From: Collinsella aerofaciens | GTDB taxonomy: Bacteria; Actinomycetota; Coriobacteriia; Coriobacteriales; Coriobacteriaceae | Assembly (NCBI GenBank): GCA_021641225.1 | Contig: JAJWXI010000002.1 | Location: forward strand, 1 to 42,773 | Length of the DNA: 42,773 bases | Direction: 5' to 3' | Part shown: one piece after another, positions 23,510-33,819 of the stretch | Layout: every line of letters begins with the position of its first letter | Position numbering within the stretch: the stretch's first letter is position 1 | The notes under the pieces: model-generated | Told to the model about the DNA's origin: nothing | The model's database searches: none | Seen by the model: only the letters and a program-made list of their open reading frames with translations | Position numbers and translations under genes: made by a program

Positions 23510-25699
23510 CTAAATAAGTTTAGTACTCTCCAGCTTTTCGATAATCCAGTCGTTGGCCTTGATGACCGGACGGCGGAAAACGACGCCCAGGGCCAGCGAC
23601 GGAATCAGATAGCTCGCCAGAATGCCCAGCTCAACCCAGTACTCCATATGGTAGGCGCCAGCCATGGCGGCATGCATGGCGTTGATGCCGTGGGTGAACG
23701 GCAGGAACGGATAGATTGCCTGGAACACGGGGCCGGTCATCTCGATGGGGAACGTGCCGCCCGAACCACCGACCTGCATGACCAGCAGCACGACAGCGAG
23801 CGCCTTGCCGATATCGCCAAACGAAACCGTAAGCGTATAGACGATATTGGAGAACACGAGACTCGCGACCCAGCCCGCCAGCACAAACTGCAGCGGGTTG
23901 TCGCACTGAATGCCAAAGAACAGAATGTCGCCCGCGCACACGAGCGTTGCCTGCAGCAGGGCCAAACCGCCAAAGAACAGGTAACGACCCAGATAGATCT
24001 CGTGCAGACGTACGGGGATGAGCTCGTTGATAAGCTCATCGTCAACCGAGACCTTCATCATGGCCGCCAGCACGATCGAGCCGACCCAGAGCGACAGAAT
24101 CGTGTAGAACGGTGCCATGGCCGAACCGTAGTTGCGGATCGGATAGACCGGTTTGCGGTCGAGCGCGACGGGGCCGGAAAGCGACACGGCCAAACCCTCG
24201 GGATCGTTGCCGATCATCGTCTTGATCGTCGCGAGGTCATCCGACATCAAGGCACCGTCGAGCTCGTCCTTAAACGCGCTGATCTTGTCCGACGCCTCGC
24301 CCAGCTGATCGGAAGCCTTGTTGACCAGCTTTGCAGCCTTGGAGAGGCCCTTTGCCAGCGAACCGGATGCGTCGGTCAGGCCATCTACGGCGCTATCCAG
24401 ATCGCCCGAGATACCGTTGAGCGAATCCAGAATGCCCGAAACCGTCTTCTTAAGCTCCTTGGCCTTAACCGAGAACGCGGAATCGTAGTCGGACTTGGCG
24501 CCCGAAATGCCCGCCTTGGCATCAGCGATGGCCTGGTCGACCTCGGCACGCGTGCTGTTGACCTCTGCCATGCTGTCAGAAAGGGACTTAGCGGTTGCCG
24601 TCAGGTCCTTGGCGTTGTTGCGATGCTCCACCGCGATCCTGCTCAGCGATGTTGCCACGGACTTGAGACTGTCCTGGAGCTTTTCGTCACTGACCTGCTC
24701 GGCAAAGCCGCGGAGCTGGTCGGCAGTGGCGTCGATATCTTTGGCGCGCGCATTGAGGGCCGCAGCGGCATCGTTGAGTTGGGACACCGTAAGGTCGACA
24801 TGCTGGTTCGCGGCATCGAACGCCTTCGCGAGCTCGGCGGACACATTGTCGAACGAACCCGTACTTCCATCGATCGCGGCATCGATGGCATCGTTTGCCG
24901 CCTTAAGCGCCTCTTTGGAATCATCGATGCCGCTTTTGGCATGTTCCATGAGCTGCTTTGTCGACTCATCGATGGCACCGGTCTGCTTGAGCATACCGCT
25001 CGCCGACGTCAACGAATCGGACGTGGAGTTCAAAATGCCCGCCAGCGACGAAGCATTAGCCTGAACGTCTTGCAGGTCCTCAATCGAATCGCCGAGCGTC
25101 GAGGACAGGTTGGCGATAAAGTTGCTGACTTGGTCGGTGCTCATGTAATCGAGCAGGCTGGACACCGTCTTGAGACCGATGCTCGTAATGGTCTCGGTAA
25201 AAGATTCGTTAACCTGGTTCTGGACGGCGCTCGAGCCCTTCTCGGTCACGATCTGGGCAATGGCGTTGGCCTTCTGATTCTCGTAAAACTCGATATCGGC
25301 ATGCTTCACGTCGGTCGAAAAGAGCGTCATCATATCGGCACTAAACGTCTTAGGGATAACGACAGCCGCATAGTATGCGCCCGATTTGACGCCCTCGATG
25401 GCCTTTTCTCGATCGTTGAGCACAACCCAGTCGAAGTTCTCGTTGCCGCGCAGGGTGGCGGTCACGTTTTCGCCCACGTTGACCTCGACGGGGATCAGAT
25501 CGCTCTCGTAACCCTCATCGGTGTTGACCACGGCGATCTTAAGATTGCCGGTGTTGCCGTACGGATCCCAGCTGCCGGCGATGTTAAACCACGCGTACAG
25601 GCACGGTACGATAATGAGGCCCATCACGACAACCAAGCCGATTACGGAGCGAGACACGTTTTGGACATCGCGCTTAAACAGATGCAGGATGTTCTTCAT
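23510..25699 (-). CDS. YhgE/Pip domain membrane protein
   Basis: N-terminal IVPCLYAWFNIAGSWDPYGNT...IAVVNTDEG, a coiled-coil middle, and C-terminal NYGSAMAPFYTILSLWVG and QVGGSGGTFPIE. Confidence 0.93.
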   Translation of the reverse strand: MKNILHLFKRDVQNVSRSVIGLVVVMGLIIVPCLYAWFNIAGSWDPYGNTGNLKIAVVNTDEGYESDLIPVEVNVGENVTATLRGNENFDWVVLNDREKAIEGVKSGAYYAAVVIPKTFSADMMTLFSTDVKHADIEFYENQKANAIAQIVTEKGSSAVQNQVNESFTETITSIGLKTVSSLLDYMSTDQVSNFIANLSSTLGDSIEDLQDVQANASSLAGILNSTSDSLTSASGMLKQTGAIDESTKQLMEHAKSGIDDSKEALKAANDAIDAAIDGSTGSFDNVSAELAKAFDAANQHVDLTVSQLNDAAAALNARAKDIDATADQLRGFAEQVSDEKLQDSLKSVATSLSRIAVEHRNNAKDLTATAKSLSDSMAEVNSTRAEVDQAIADAKAGISGAKSDYDSAFSVKAKELKKTVSGILDSLNGISGDLDSAVDGLTDASGSLAKGLSKAAKLVNKASDQLGEASDKISAFKDELDGALMSDDLATIKTMIGNDPEGLAVSLSGPVALDRKPVYPIRNYGSAMAPFYTILSLWVGSIVLAAMMKVSVDDELINELIPVRLHEIYLGRYLFFGGLALLQATLVCAGDILFFGIQCDNPLQFVLAGWVASLVFSNIVYTLTVSFGDIGKALAVVLLVMQVGGSGGTFPIEMTGPVFQAIYPFLPFTHGINAMHAAMAGAYHMEYWVELGILASYLIPSLALGVVFRRPVIKANDWIIEKLESTKLI

Positions 25700-28480
25700 T
25701 TATGCCTCACCTCCTTTGGAGTGCTTGCCGAGCGGGGCGTTCTTTTCATTCATCACAAACGTGTCATCCCCGTTCTCGGGCACATGGACCGCATCGCGAT
25801 GACCACATTGGTTGACAGCCTGAGTCTTGGGTTCAGACCCCCGCTCGCTCGCATTCAAGCCGAACATGCGACGAGCGGCCGGAATGGCGGCCGTGTGCTC
25901 GCGCATCTCGCGGCGCAGGTCCTCATCCGAAAGCGCCGAGATGCGCATCTGGGTGTTGAGGCTCGAGCGGATGTACTCGATATTGATAAGCCAGCCGCAG
26001 ATGGCAATAACCGAGATGATCCAAATGACAAGCAGGATGATCTTGCCGTTATTGTCGATATCGAGAACCGTCGACAGAACGAAGAGCAGCACCTGCACGC
26101 CGACTACAGCGGCGAAACCGCCCTTGATGTAGTACGGGTAGCGATGTTCAAAGGCGACCGCATGGTCGAGCAGTTCGCGACGGTACGAATCGGAATCGAG
26201 CATGACACGCATGGCCGTGCGCAGCGAGTAGCGCTGGCGCGGCAGGTCGTTGGACTCGCAAATCATCATACCGGTCGTGGAAAGCTGTTTATCAAAGAGC
26301 AGGTTAAGGTTGAGCAGCAGTGGACGCAGCTGCAGGCCGATAAAGAGCGCCACGATCAAGAACACGCCCAGAATGCACAGGTTAAACAGGTAGTTGAACG
26401 AATACATGCCGCCGACCGTCTCGCGCAGCAGATTGATGCCGTAGGTAAAGGGTAGCAGCGGGTGCAGCCACTGGAAGAAGCCGGGCATCATCTCGATGGG
26501 GTACATGCCCGACGAACCCGGGATCTGCACGATGACGAGAATGACACCGATAGCCTTGCCGATATGCTTAAACGTGGTGGACAGCGCATAGATGATATTG
26601 ACGTAGGTGAACGAGATGGCGATGCCGCCCAGCACGAACAGCAGCGGGCTGACGCACTGCACGCCAATCACCAGATCGCCTACCGTAACGATGATGGCCT
26701 GCAACGCGCCCAGGATCACCAGGAGCAACCAGCGGCCAAAGTAGCCCTGACGCGCGGTAAAGCTGCCGATGCCTTCGCGGTCGACCTCGAGCTTGTAGAT
26801 GGCGATGAGCACGTAGCCGCCCACCCACAGCGCCAGATTGGTATAGAACGGGGCAATGCCCGAACCAAAGCTCTTGACCGGGTAAATTGACTTTGAGGCC
26901 AGCTCGACCGGAGATGCCATGAAGTCTGCAACGTCATCGACGTCGACGCCCATCAGGTCGGCCAGCTCGCCCATGGACTCGGAGGTCTGTAGCGCCGCGA
27001 TGTCGTTGGCGGCGGTTGCGAGCTTGTCCTGGACCTTGGCAAGCGAGGCATCGGTCTGGGACAGCGTGGTCTTGGCCTGACCGAGCGTAGCGTTGAGTTG
27101 CGAAAGTGTACCGCGCGCACTTGCAATAGTAGGCGTGAGGCCAGACACGATTCCCGTCAGATCACCCGAGACGGCGGCAAATGAATCAAGCGCGCTCGAG
27201 ACCTTCGGCAGCGCGTTTTGACCCAGGTCCGTCTGGGCCTGGCCAAGGTTGGTCGCACCGGTCTGAATTGCGTTATTGATAGCATCGCTGGCACCCGAGA
27301 TAGCCGCGGCGTCATTCGCCATGGCGCTCGATTGCGCAGACAGACCGTCCTTGATGCTCTGAAGCTTTTCATTCTGCTCGCGGAGCAAATCGATGGTCGA
27401 TACAATGCGCGCGTCAATTTCCTTGGAACCTGTCGACGTGTCATTGACGAGAATTTCCAAGTGGCCGATAACGGCCTTATTGTGGTCGATCGTCGCTTGG
27501 AGAGACTCAAGCGAGTTGTCGATACGGGTGGTCGTAGATGTGACCGCACCCGTCAGCTTGCCAATCGCAGCGTTCGCGGAGGCTGACGTCTTGGTGAGCG
27601 CAAGGCTGCCTTCCGAGAGAGCCTTGGAGAGCGAGGCGACAGAGTTACCCGCCGTGGCGCGAGCCTCGCCCAGCAGGTCGTTGCCCTGGGAGATCGCCTG
27701 CGTCAGCGACGGCGCCTGACCCTGCAGACCGGCAAGTGCTGCATCTGCCGAGGCAATGGCGGCATTTGTCTTATCGATGGCGGCATTCATGTCGCCAATC
27801 GAACCACGCACCTCGCCCAAGGTACCGGATGCCTCTGATACCGAACCGGCCAACGAATCCTGAGTCTGGGTTGCCTTGTCCTTTAAATCGACTCCGGCAT
27901 CCTTGGCAATACTGGCAACGGTCTCGCCCACCGTGGAGACGAACTCCGAGTTGATCTGCTCCTCGATGGTGTTTGCACCGGTGTCGGTAACCTTGGGCGC
28001 AATAGCGCTCTTCTTCTCATTGACGTAGTACGTAAGCTTGGGCTGATGGTAGTTGCCGTCGAGCATCGAAACCAGGTTATCCGAGAAGTTCTTGGGGATT
28101 ACGATGGCCGCATAGTACTCACCGCTCTCGACGCCCTCTTTGGCGTCAGCCGCCGAATCGACGAAGGTCCAGCCCAACTGATCGTTCTCCTTGAGCTGAT
28201 CGACGACCTTATCGCCCGCGTTGAGCTCGCCCACCAAGTCGTTTTGGGTGCCCTGATCGTTGTTGGCGATGGCAATCTTGATACCCTGGGTGTTTCCGTA
28301 CGGATCCCAGTTGGCCACGATGTTGTACCAGGCATACAGCGAGGGAATAACGCACACGCCGAGGGTAACCACCAGGGCGACGGGGTTCACAAGCAGTCGC
28401 TTAATGTCGCGCTTGAAAATCGCAAAGGAAACCTTTGCATCGGATAGTTTGCTGCCGAGACTCACGCTTGGACCATCCAT
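25700..28480 (-). CDS. YhgE/Pip domain membrane protein (with extra C-terminal TM extension)
   Basis: VIPSLYAWYNIVANWDPYGNT, YYVNEKKSAIAPKVT, FGSGIAPFYTNLALWVG and QIPGSSGMYPIE. It abuts the next gene. Confidence 0.93.
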   Translation of the reverse strand: MDGPSVSLGSKLSDAKVSFAIFKRDIKRLLVNPVALVVTLGVCVIPSLYAWYNIVANWDPYGNTQGIKIAIANNDQGTQNDLVGELNAGDKVVDQLKENDQLGWTFVDSAADAKEGVESGEYYAAIVIPKNFSDNLVSMLDGNYHQPKLTYYVNEKKSAIAPKVTDTGANTIEEQINSEFVSTVGETVASIAKDAGVDLKDKATQTQDSLAGSVSEASGTLGEVRGSIGDMNAAIDKTNAAIASADAALAGLQGQAPSLTQAISQGNDLLGEARATAGNSVASLSKALSEGSLALTKTSASANAAIGKLTGAVTSTTTRIDNSLESLQATIDHNKAVIGHLEILVNDTSTGSKEIDARIVSTIDLLREQNEKLQSIKDGLSAQSSAMANDAAAISGASDAINNAIQTGATNLGQAQTDLGQNALPKVSSALDSFAAVSGDLTGIVSGLTPTIASARGTLSQLNATLGQAKTTLSQTDASLAKVQDKLATAANDIAALQTSESMGELADLMGVDVDDVADFMASPVELASKSIYPVKSFGSGIAPFYTNLALWVGGYVLIAIYKLEVDREGIGSFTARQGYFGRWLLLVILGALQAIIVTVGDLVIGVQCVSPLLFVLGGIAISFTYVNIIYALSTTFKHIGKAIGVILVIVQIPGSSGMYPIEMMPGFFQWLHPLLPFTYGINLLRETVGGMYSFNYLFNLCILGVFLIVALFIGLQLRPLLLNLNLLFDKQLSTTGMMICESNDLPRQRYSLRTAMRVMLDSDSYRRELLDHAVAFEHRYPYYIKGGFAAVVGVQVLLFVLSTVLDIDNNGKIILLVIWIISVIAICGWLINIEYIRSSLNTQMRISALSDEDLRREMREHTAAIPAARRMFGLNASERGSEPKTQAVNQCGHRDAVHVPENGDDTFVMNEKNAPLGKHSKGGEA

Positions 28481-28655
28481 CCTGTCGTTGAATCAAATCG
28501 TACTATCGACAACCATTGTACGTAGGCGCTTTAGCGTCTCAGAGCACAATGGTATTGAGTTTTGCGGGTAGCAATATACTACGAAGATGAGTTAGCGTAC
28601 AGTTGTACAGTATCTTTAATTTCAGCAGGTCACAAAACCACAACCCGCACAAATA

Positions 28656-28762
28656 AATGATCCCTTGGGGACGAAGGGATCATTCAAAAGGAAACGAGAG
28701 TGGAAAATCTCCCACTTCAAGCCCGCATTCGAGCCAAAAGTGGGAGATTATCCACTCTCGTT
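28656..28762. repeat. Two adjacent hairpins downstream of htpG
   Basis: AATGATCCCTT-GGGGACG-AAGGGATCATT (28656-28684, related to 19328-19360), and a 25-bp stem AACGAGAGTGGAAAATCTCCCACTT/AAGTGGGAGATTATCCACTCTCGTT (28693-28762). Confidence 0.75.
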
Positions 28763-28792
28763 CTAATCTAGTTACGGTGCCGTATCCCCGAA

Positions 28793-30817
28793 CTACATCA
28801 AGTTGCAAACAGCCGCCGCGAAGGCAACGGGATCCTCGGGGAGGATGCCCTCGACCAGCAGAGCCTGGTCATAGAGCAGACCGGAGTACTGCTTGATCTT
28901 GTCGGCGTCACCGGCCTTCTGGGCAGCGACAAGCTTGTCAAAGACCGGGTGCTTGGCGTTGAGCTCGAGCACGCGCTGGCTCTTGGGCATGCCGTCGGGC
29001 GCACCCTCGGGTCCCTTCTGGAGCACCTTCTCCATCTCGAGCGAAAGCGGGCCCTCGGTGGTGATGCAAGCGGGGGCATCGGTCAGGCGCGCGGAGACGG
29101 CAACTTTCTCGACCTTGTCACCGAGCGCCTCCTTCATAGCGCTAAAGAGGTCCTCGTTTTCCTTGGTGGCGTCCTCGGCCTCCTTCTTCTCGTCCTCGGT
29201 CGCCAGATCAAGATCGCCAGTCGCGACGTTCTTGAGCTCCAGGTGACGATCCTCGACCTCGGGCTCAGCACCGTCGGCAACGGCCTTCTCGGCAGCCTCG
29301 CGGGCGGCGTCGTCCTCGTAGATTTTAGGCATATCGGCGGCAACGTACTCACGCATAGCCTGGAAGGTGAACTCATCCACGTCCTGCGTCAGAAGCAGCA
29401 CGTCGTAACCGCGGTCGAGCACGCCCTTCACCACGGGCATCTTGGCCAAGCGCTCACGCGAGTCGCCGGCGGCGTAGTAGATGGCCTTCTGGTCCTCGGG
29501 CATACCCTTGGCATACTCGGCCAGGGTAATCATCTTCTGCTCCTTGGCAGACCAGAACAGTAGCAGGTCGGCGAGCTCATCGGCCTTCATGCCATAGCTC
29601 GAGTAGATGCCGTACTTAAGGCCGCGGCCAAAGTTCTCAAAGAACTTCTCGTAGGCCTCGCGGTCGTTGTCACGCATATCCTCAAGGTCGGCGGTAATCT
29701 TCTTTTCCACACGCTTGGCGATGGCCTTGAGCTGACGGTTCTGCTGCAGCGTCTCGCGCGAGATGTTGAGCGACACGTCGGCGGAATCCACGACACCACG
29801 GACAAAGTTGTAGTAGTCGGGCAGCAGGTCGTCGCACTTCTCCATAATCAGCACGTTGGAGCTGTAGAGCGCCAGGCCCTTCTCGTAGTCCTTGCTGTAC
29901 AGATCGAACGGGGCGCGGCCCGGCACAAACAGCAGGGCGTCGTACTCGAGCGTACCCTCGGCATGGAAGCTGATAGTACGTGCCGGATCGTCAAAGTCGT
30001 GGAACGTGGACTTGTAGAACTCGTCATAGTCCTTCTGCTCAACATCGGAGCTGTGCTTCTTCCAGATCGGCGTCATTGAGTTGACGGTCTCGAGCTCCTG
30101 GTAGTCCTCGTACTCGGGCGTGTAGTCATCGCCAGCATCCTCGGGCTTGGGCTTCTGGCGGCTCTTGGACACCATCATCTGGATCGGGTAACGCACATAG
30201 TTGCTGTACTGCTGAATCAGGCTCTTGAGGCCCCACTCGGTCAGGAAGCGATCGTAGGTCTCGGCCTCGCCGTCGGCATCGAGCTTCTCGTTCTCGCGCA
30301 ACGTCAGGATAACATCGGTGCCGTGCTCGGCGCGCTCGCCGTCTTCGATGGTGTAACCCTCAAGACCATCAGACTCCCACACGTGAGCGGTGTCCTCGCC
30401 ATAGGCGCGGCTGACAACCTTTACGTGGCTGGCAACCATAAAGGCAGAGTAGAAGCCCACGCCAAACTGGCCGATGATGTCGACATCGGAGCCCTGTTGC
30501 TCGGCGTTCTCGGTCTTAAACTCCTCGGAGCCGGAATGGGCGATGGTGCCCAGATTGCGCTCGAGCTCCTCGGCGGTCATGCCGATGCCGTTATCCGAAA
30601 TCGTGATGGTGCGAGCATCCTTATCGAAGGAGACGCGAATGGCCAGGTCGCCCTGATCGATCTTGACGCTCGGGTCCTGCAGGCTCTTAAAGTTGAGCTT
30701 GTCGACGGCATCGCTCGCGTTGGAGATAAGCTCGCGCAGGAAGATTTCCTTATTGGTATAGATGGAGTTGATCATGAGGTCGAGCAATTTTTTGCTCTCG
30801 GTCTTAAATTGACGCAT
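28793..30817 (-). CDS. htpG: Molecular chaperone HtpG (Hsp90)
   Basis: NKEIFLRELISNASDA, DNGIGMT, IIGQFGVGFYSAF, LNISRETLQ and LELNAKHP. Confidence 0.97.
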   Translation of the reverse strand: MRQFKTESKKLLDLMINSIYTNKEIFLRELISNASDAVDKLNFKSLQDPSVKIDQGDLAIRVSFDKDARTITISDNGIGMTAEELERNLGTIAHSGSEEFKTENAEQQGSDVDIIGQFGVGFYSAFMVASHVKVVSRAYGEDTAHVWESDGLEGYTIEDGERAEHGTDVILTLRENEKLDADGEAETYDRFLTEWGLKSLIQQYSNYVRYPIQMMVSKSRQKPKPEDAGDDYTPEYEDYQELETVNSMTPIWKKHSSDVEQKDYDEFYKSTFHDFDDPARTISFHAEGTLEYDALLFVPGRAPFDLYSKDYEKGLALYSSNVLIMEKCDDLLPDYYNFVRGVVDSADVSLNISRETLQQNRQLKAIAKRVEKKITADLEDMRDNDREAYEKFFENFGRGLKYGIYSSYGMKADELADLLLFWSAKEQKMITLAEYAKGMPEDQKAIYYAAGDSRERLAKMPVVKGVLDRGYDVLLLTQDVDEFTFQAMREYVAADMPKIYEDDAAREAAEKAVADGAEPEVEDRHLELKNVATGDLDLATEDEKKEAEDATKENEDLFSAMKEALGDKVEKVAVSARLTDAPACITTEGPLSLEMEKVLQKGPEGAPDGMPKSQRVLELNAKHPVFDKLVAAQKAGDADKIKQYSGLLYDQALLVEGILPEDPVAFAAAVCNLM

Positions 30818-31019
30818 GTGCAGTCCTTTCGCGCTACCCCCGTCCGCAAAAACGGCCCGGTTGCCCGAGCCGCATCGCAGACCTGCTATGTTCAGACTTA
30901 GATTTTATAACCCATTAGCGCGCATATATACATACGGAATCGAAAAACTGTATGTCCAAAAGCTCCGATGCGCCAATTGCCAAGGAGTGTCCCCAACTGC
31001 CGGCAGAAAAGGAACGTCC

Positions 31020-31520
31020 CTATCTGCCATCTACGCGCTTGGCCATCCAGACATGGGGTTGGCCCTCGTCTTCGTAATCTACCGGGGCAATTTGCGTGTA
31101 GCCCGCCTTTACATAGAGCGGCAGCACGTATTCCTGCGCATGCAGCTTAATAAGCTTAGCGCCGGCATCGCGTGCACGCGCAGCACTGGCCTCGACGATC
31201 GCACTCGCCAGTCCGCGACGACGCATAGCCGGCAGCACGGCGACGCGCCCCATAATGTAGGTCTCCCCCGCCGCAATGCCTTCGTCCACGTCGCATGCCG
31301 GCAACACCGGGGCCTCTGCGTCAGCCACGCGCTCAAGCTCTTCGGGAAACACACGCGAGCAACCGGCAAGCTCGCCGTCTACATAGAGCGTCACATGAAT
31401 GCAGTTCGGATCCTCGTCGATAGCGTCGAACTCATTCTCGTAGCCCTGCTCGTCCATAAAAACGACGCGGCGCACCAACGCCGCGTCATCAAAGCATCCC
31501 GTCTTAAGTTGGATATCCAT
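31020..31520 (-). CDS. GNAT N-acetyltransferase (ElaA/YjcF-like)
   Basis: VRRVVFMDEQG...EFDAID, MGRVAVLPAMRRRGLAS, KLHAQ...LYVKAGY and EDEGQPHVWM. The start is probably ATG 31520 (GAAAGG RBS); the alternative is 31538. Confidence 0.9.
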   Translation of the reverse strand: MDIQLKTGCFDDAALVRRVVFMDEQGYENEFDAIDEDPNCIHVTLYVDGELAGCSRVFPEELERVADAEAPVLPACDVDEGIAAGETYIMGRVAVLPAMRRRGLASAIVEASAARARDAGAKLIKLHAQEYVLPLYVKAGYTQIAPVDYEDEGQPHVWMAKRVDGR

Positions 31521-31559
31521 GGCTGCCCTTTCATTCAATGCGAACGTTAGGGACAGATT

Positions 31560-32210
31560 TTAGCGAAAATGAGCTCCGCGCACGCTAAACTTCGCGCGAG
31601 CCTTCGCCAGGCAGTCGTAATGACCCACGTTATGGGCATCGCTCGCGATGAAGCTGTACAGGTTCTGATCGAACAGGCGCTGCGCCGGCTTTTTCTCGCG
31701 ACCAAAGCGACCGCCGGCAATAAAGTCCGCCGAAGCCTGCAGCTTGCAGCCCATATCGACCAGGCGCTCCGCCACGCTTACATCCTTTTGAACCGCACGA
31801 TAGCGCTCAGGATGAGCGATGATCACCTGGTAGCCACGGCACTGCAAATCGTAAATCGTGTTCTCGTACTCTCTAAACGCATACGCATCGGCATGCGTCG
31901 AAAGCTCGAGCAGAAACTCGTTGGTCCCATCGAAATGCAAGTGATCCGCAGCATCGATACCAAGCTCAACGAGCTTTCGATGGTTGACCTCGAAGCCCAT
32001 CTGGAGCGGAAAACCGTCAGCGTTATCGCGCAGCAGCTCAAAGGCATCCCACATCTTGTCGTAATCAAAATAGGGATCACGGCAGTGAGGAGTGCAAACG
32101 ATTCTGGTTACACCGGCCCGCTTGGCAGCCTCGAGCATCGCCAAGCTCTCTTCGAGATCGGCGGCGCCGTCGTCTACACCCGGCAAGATATGGCAATGAA
32201 TGTCACGCAT
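31560..32210 (-). CDS. CpsB/CapC-family PHP tyrosine phosphatase
   Basis: DIHCHILPGVDDG, CTPH, IAHPERY and ASDAH. Confidence 0.93.
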   Translation of the reverse strand: MRDIHCHILPGVDDGAADLEESLAMLEAAKRAGVTRIVCTPHCRDPYFDYDKMWDAFELLRDNADGFPLQMGFEVNHRKLVELGIDAADHLHFDGTNEFLLELSTHADAYAFREYENTIYDLQCRGYQVIIAHPERYRAVQKDVSVAERLVDMGCKLQASADFIAGGRFGREKKPAQRLFDQNLYSFIASDAHNVGHYDCLAKARAKFSVRGAHFR

Positions 32211-32227
32211 AGGTCAGCCTTAATCAA

Positions 32228-32965
32228 CTAAACGTTTGCTCGGTTGGTGAAGATGCCCTTTTTGGAAGTGCCCTGATCGTCGGAGCCCTTCTTAACCTTC
32301 TTACCGTCCTTGGTGTAGTAAGAATAGTAGTACTCGCTGGTCTCGGTCTCGCAGTAGTTCATAACGGTACCGATGAGCTTGACCTTCTCGGACTTCTTAA
32401 GCTGACCGATGGCGTTGAGCGCCTCTTCGCGCTTGGTAAAGTCCTCGCGCACCACGAACAGCGTGCCGTCGGTCAGGCTGGCAATCTCGGCAGCATCGAT
32501 GAAGGTGCCGACCGGAGGAGCATCGAAGATGACGTACTGGAACTTGGCGGACAGTGCCTTTACCAGCTTGGCAAAGCGGTGAGAGACGATGATGTCGGCA
32601 GGATTGGGAATGTGCGGCTCGGCATCGAGGAAGTAGAAGTTCTTCTGACCCGTCTCGACAATTGCCTGGTCAATGGAGATCTGCTCGGAAAGGACCGCAT
32701 AGAGTCCGCCGCGCGAACGAACGCCGAGCATATCGGAAAGGGACCTGCAGCGCATATCGGCCTCGACCAGGAGCACGGACTTGCCGCTCGTGGCGATTGC
32801 CTGAGCAAGGTTAATGGAAACCGTAGACTTGCCCTCGTTGGGAATCGAGGAGGTAACGGTGATGGTGCGAATAGGGTCGTCCACGCTCGCAAAGCGGATG
32901 TTGGCCAGAAGGGTCTTGGCGGCATTCTGTACAACGAGCTTATCGGTGTTCTTTGCCTTAGCCAT
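32228..32965 (-). CDS. CpsD/CapB-family bacterial tyrosine kinase
   Basis: Walker A PNEGKST, A' LLVEADMR, B VIFDAPP and C-terminal Tyr cluster EYYYSYY. Confidence 0.93.
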   Translation of the reverse strand: MAKAKNTDKLVVQNAAKTLLANIRFASVDDPIRTITVTSSIPNEGKSTVSINLAQAIATSGKSVLLVEADMRCRSLSDMLGVRSRGGLYAVLSEQISIDQAIVETGQKNFYFLDAEPHIPNPADIIVSHRFAKLVKALSAKFQYVIFDAPPVGTFIDAAEIASLTDGTLFVVREDFTKREEALNAIGQLKKSEKVKLIGTVMNYCETETSEYYYSYYTKDGKKVKKGSDDQGTSKKGIFTNRANV

Positions 32966-32967
32966 GC

Positions 32968-33624
32968 CTATTTACCACCTTTCATAGCCGGAATTCGGCC
33001 AACAACGGGAATACCCAGGAGCTCTTCTGCCTCTTCGGCACCGCGGATGCGGGTATTGAGCATGTCTGCCAAAACGACATAGGCAACTGCGATAAAGATA
33101 CCGGCGAGGAACGCGACGGCAATATACAGCGTGCGCTTGGGGCCGCTGGGGGCTTCGGGGGTCTTAGCCTCGTCGATAACGTTGATGCTCTGGGCAGCGC
33201 CGACGTTCTGAGCGACCGTACTCACCGAGCTGGCAATGGCCTTTGCGACCTCAGCCGTCTCCTTGGCATCGGTGCCGGTAACCGAAAGCGTAATGACACG
33301 CGTGGTGGTCTCGGAGGAAACAGACACCTTGTAGTCATCCAGATCGGTGAGGCCCAGTTCTTTGGCGGCGCCGCTCTTAACGCTATCGCTATCCAGCAGC
33401 GTGGCGATATCGTTGGAAAGCATCTGGCTCGCCGAGAGATCGTTGTAGCTCATCTGACCGCTATCGTCGGTCTTGGCGAGAATGTACATGCTCGTCGTCG
33501 CGGTATAGGTGTTGTCCATCGCAACGAAGGACACGATGCCCATGGCGATCGCGCAGACCACCGGAAGGGTGATGACCAGCTTGAGGTGCTTCTTCAGCAG
33601 CTGGAACAGTTCGAGAAGGGTCAT
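32968..33624 (-). CDS. CpsC/CapA (YveK-like) kinase modulator and chain-length determinant
   Basis: Two TM helices, YTATTSMYI, VIDEAKTPEAPSGP and C-terminal TRIRGAEEAEELLGIPVVGRIP. Confidence 0.92.
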   Translation of the reverse strand: MTLLELFQLLKKHLKLVITLPVVCAIAMGIVSFVAMDNTYTATTSMYILAKTDDSGQMSYNDLSASQMLSNDIATLLDSDSVKSGAAKELGLTDLDDYKVSVSSETTTRVITLSVTGTDAKETAEVAKAIASSVSTVAQNVGAAQSINVIDEAKTPEAPSGPKRTLYIAVAFLAGIFIAVAYVVLADMLNTRIRGAEEAEELLGIPVVGRIPAMKGGK

Positions 33625-33819
33625 GCAGCTTGCCTTTCATTTCCCCAGTTCGGATTGACAAAACTGTCCGTATGTTATCGCATCTTTTTACCGAGACCAA
33701 ACTCTATACATAAGAAACAGGCTCTCCTGTAAAAATGTCGGAAGCAATCGTAAAATTGCACAACAACGCCGCACCCGAAAGTCAAATGCGGCGTCTACAT
33801 CAATATCTATGTTGTATCG

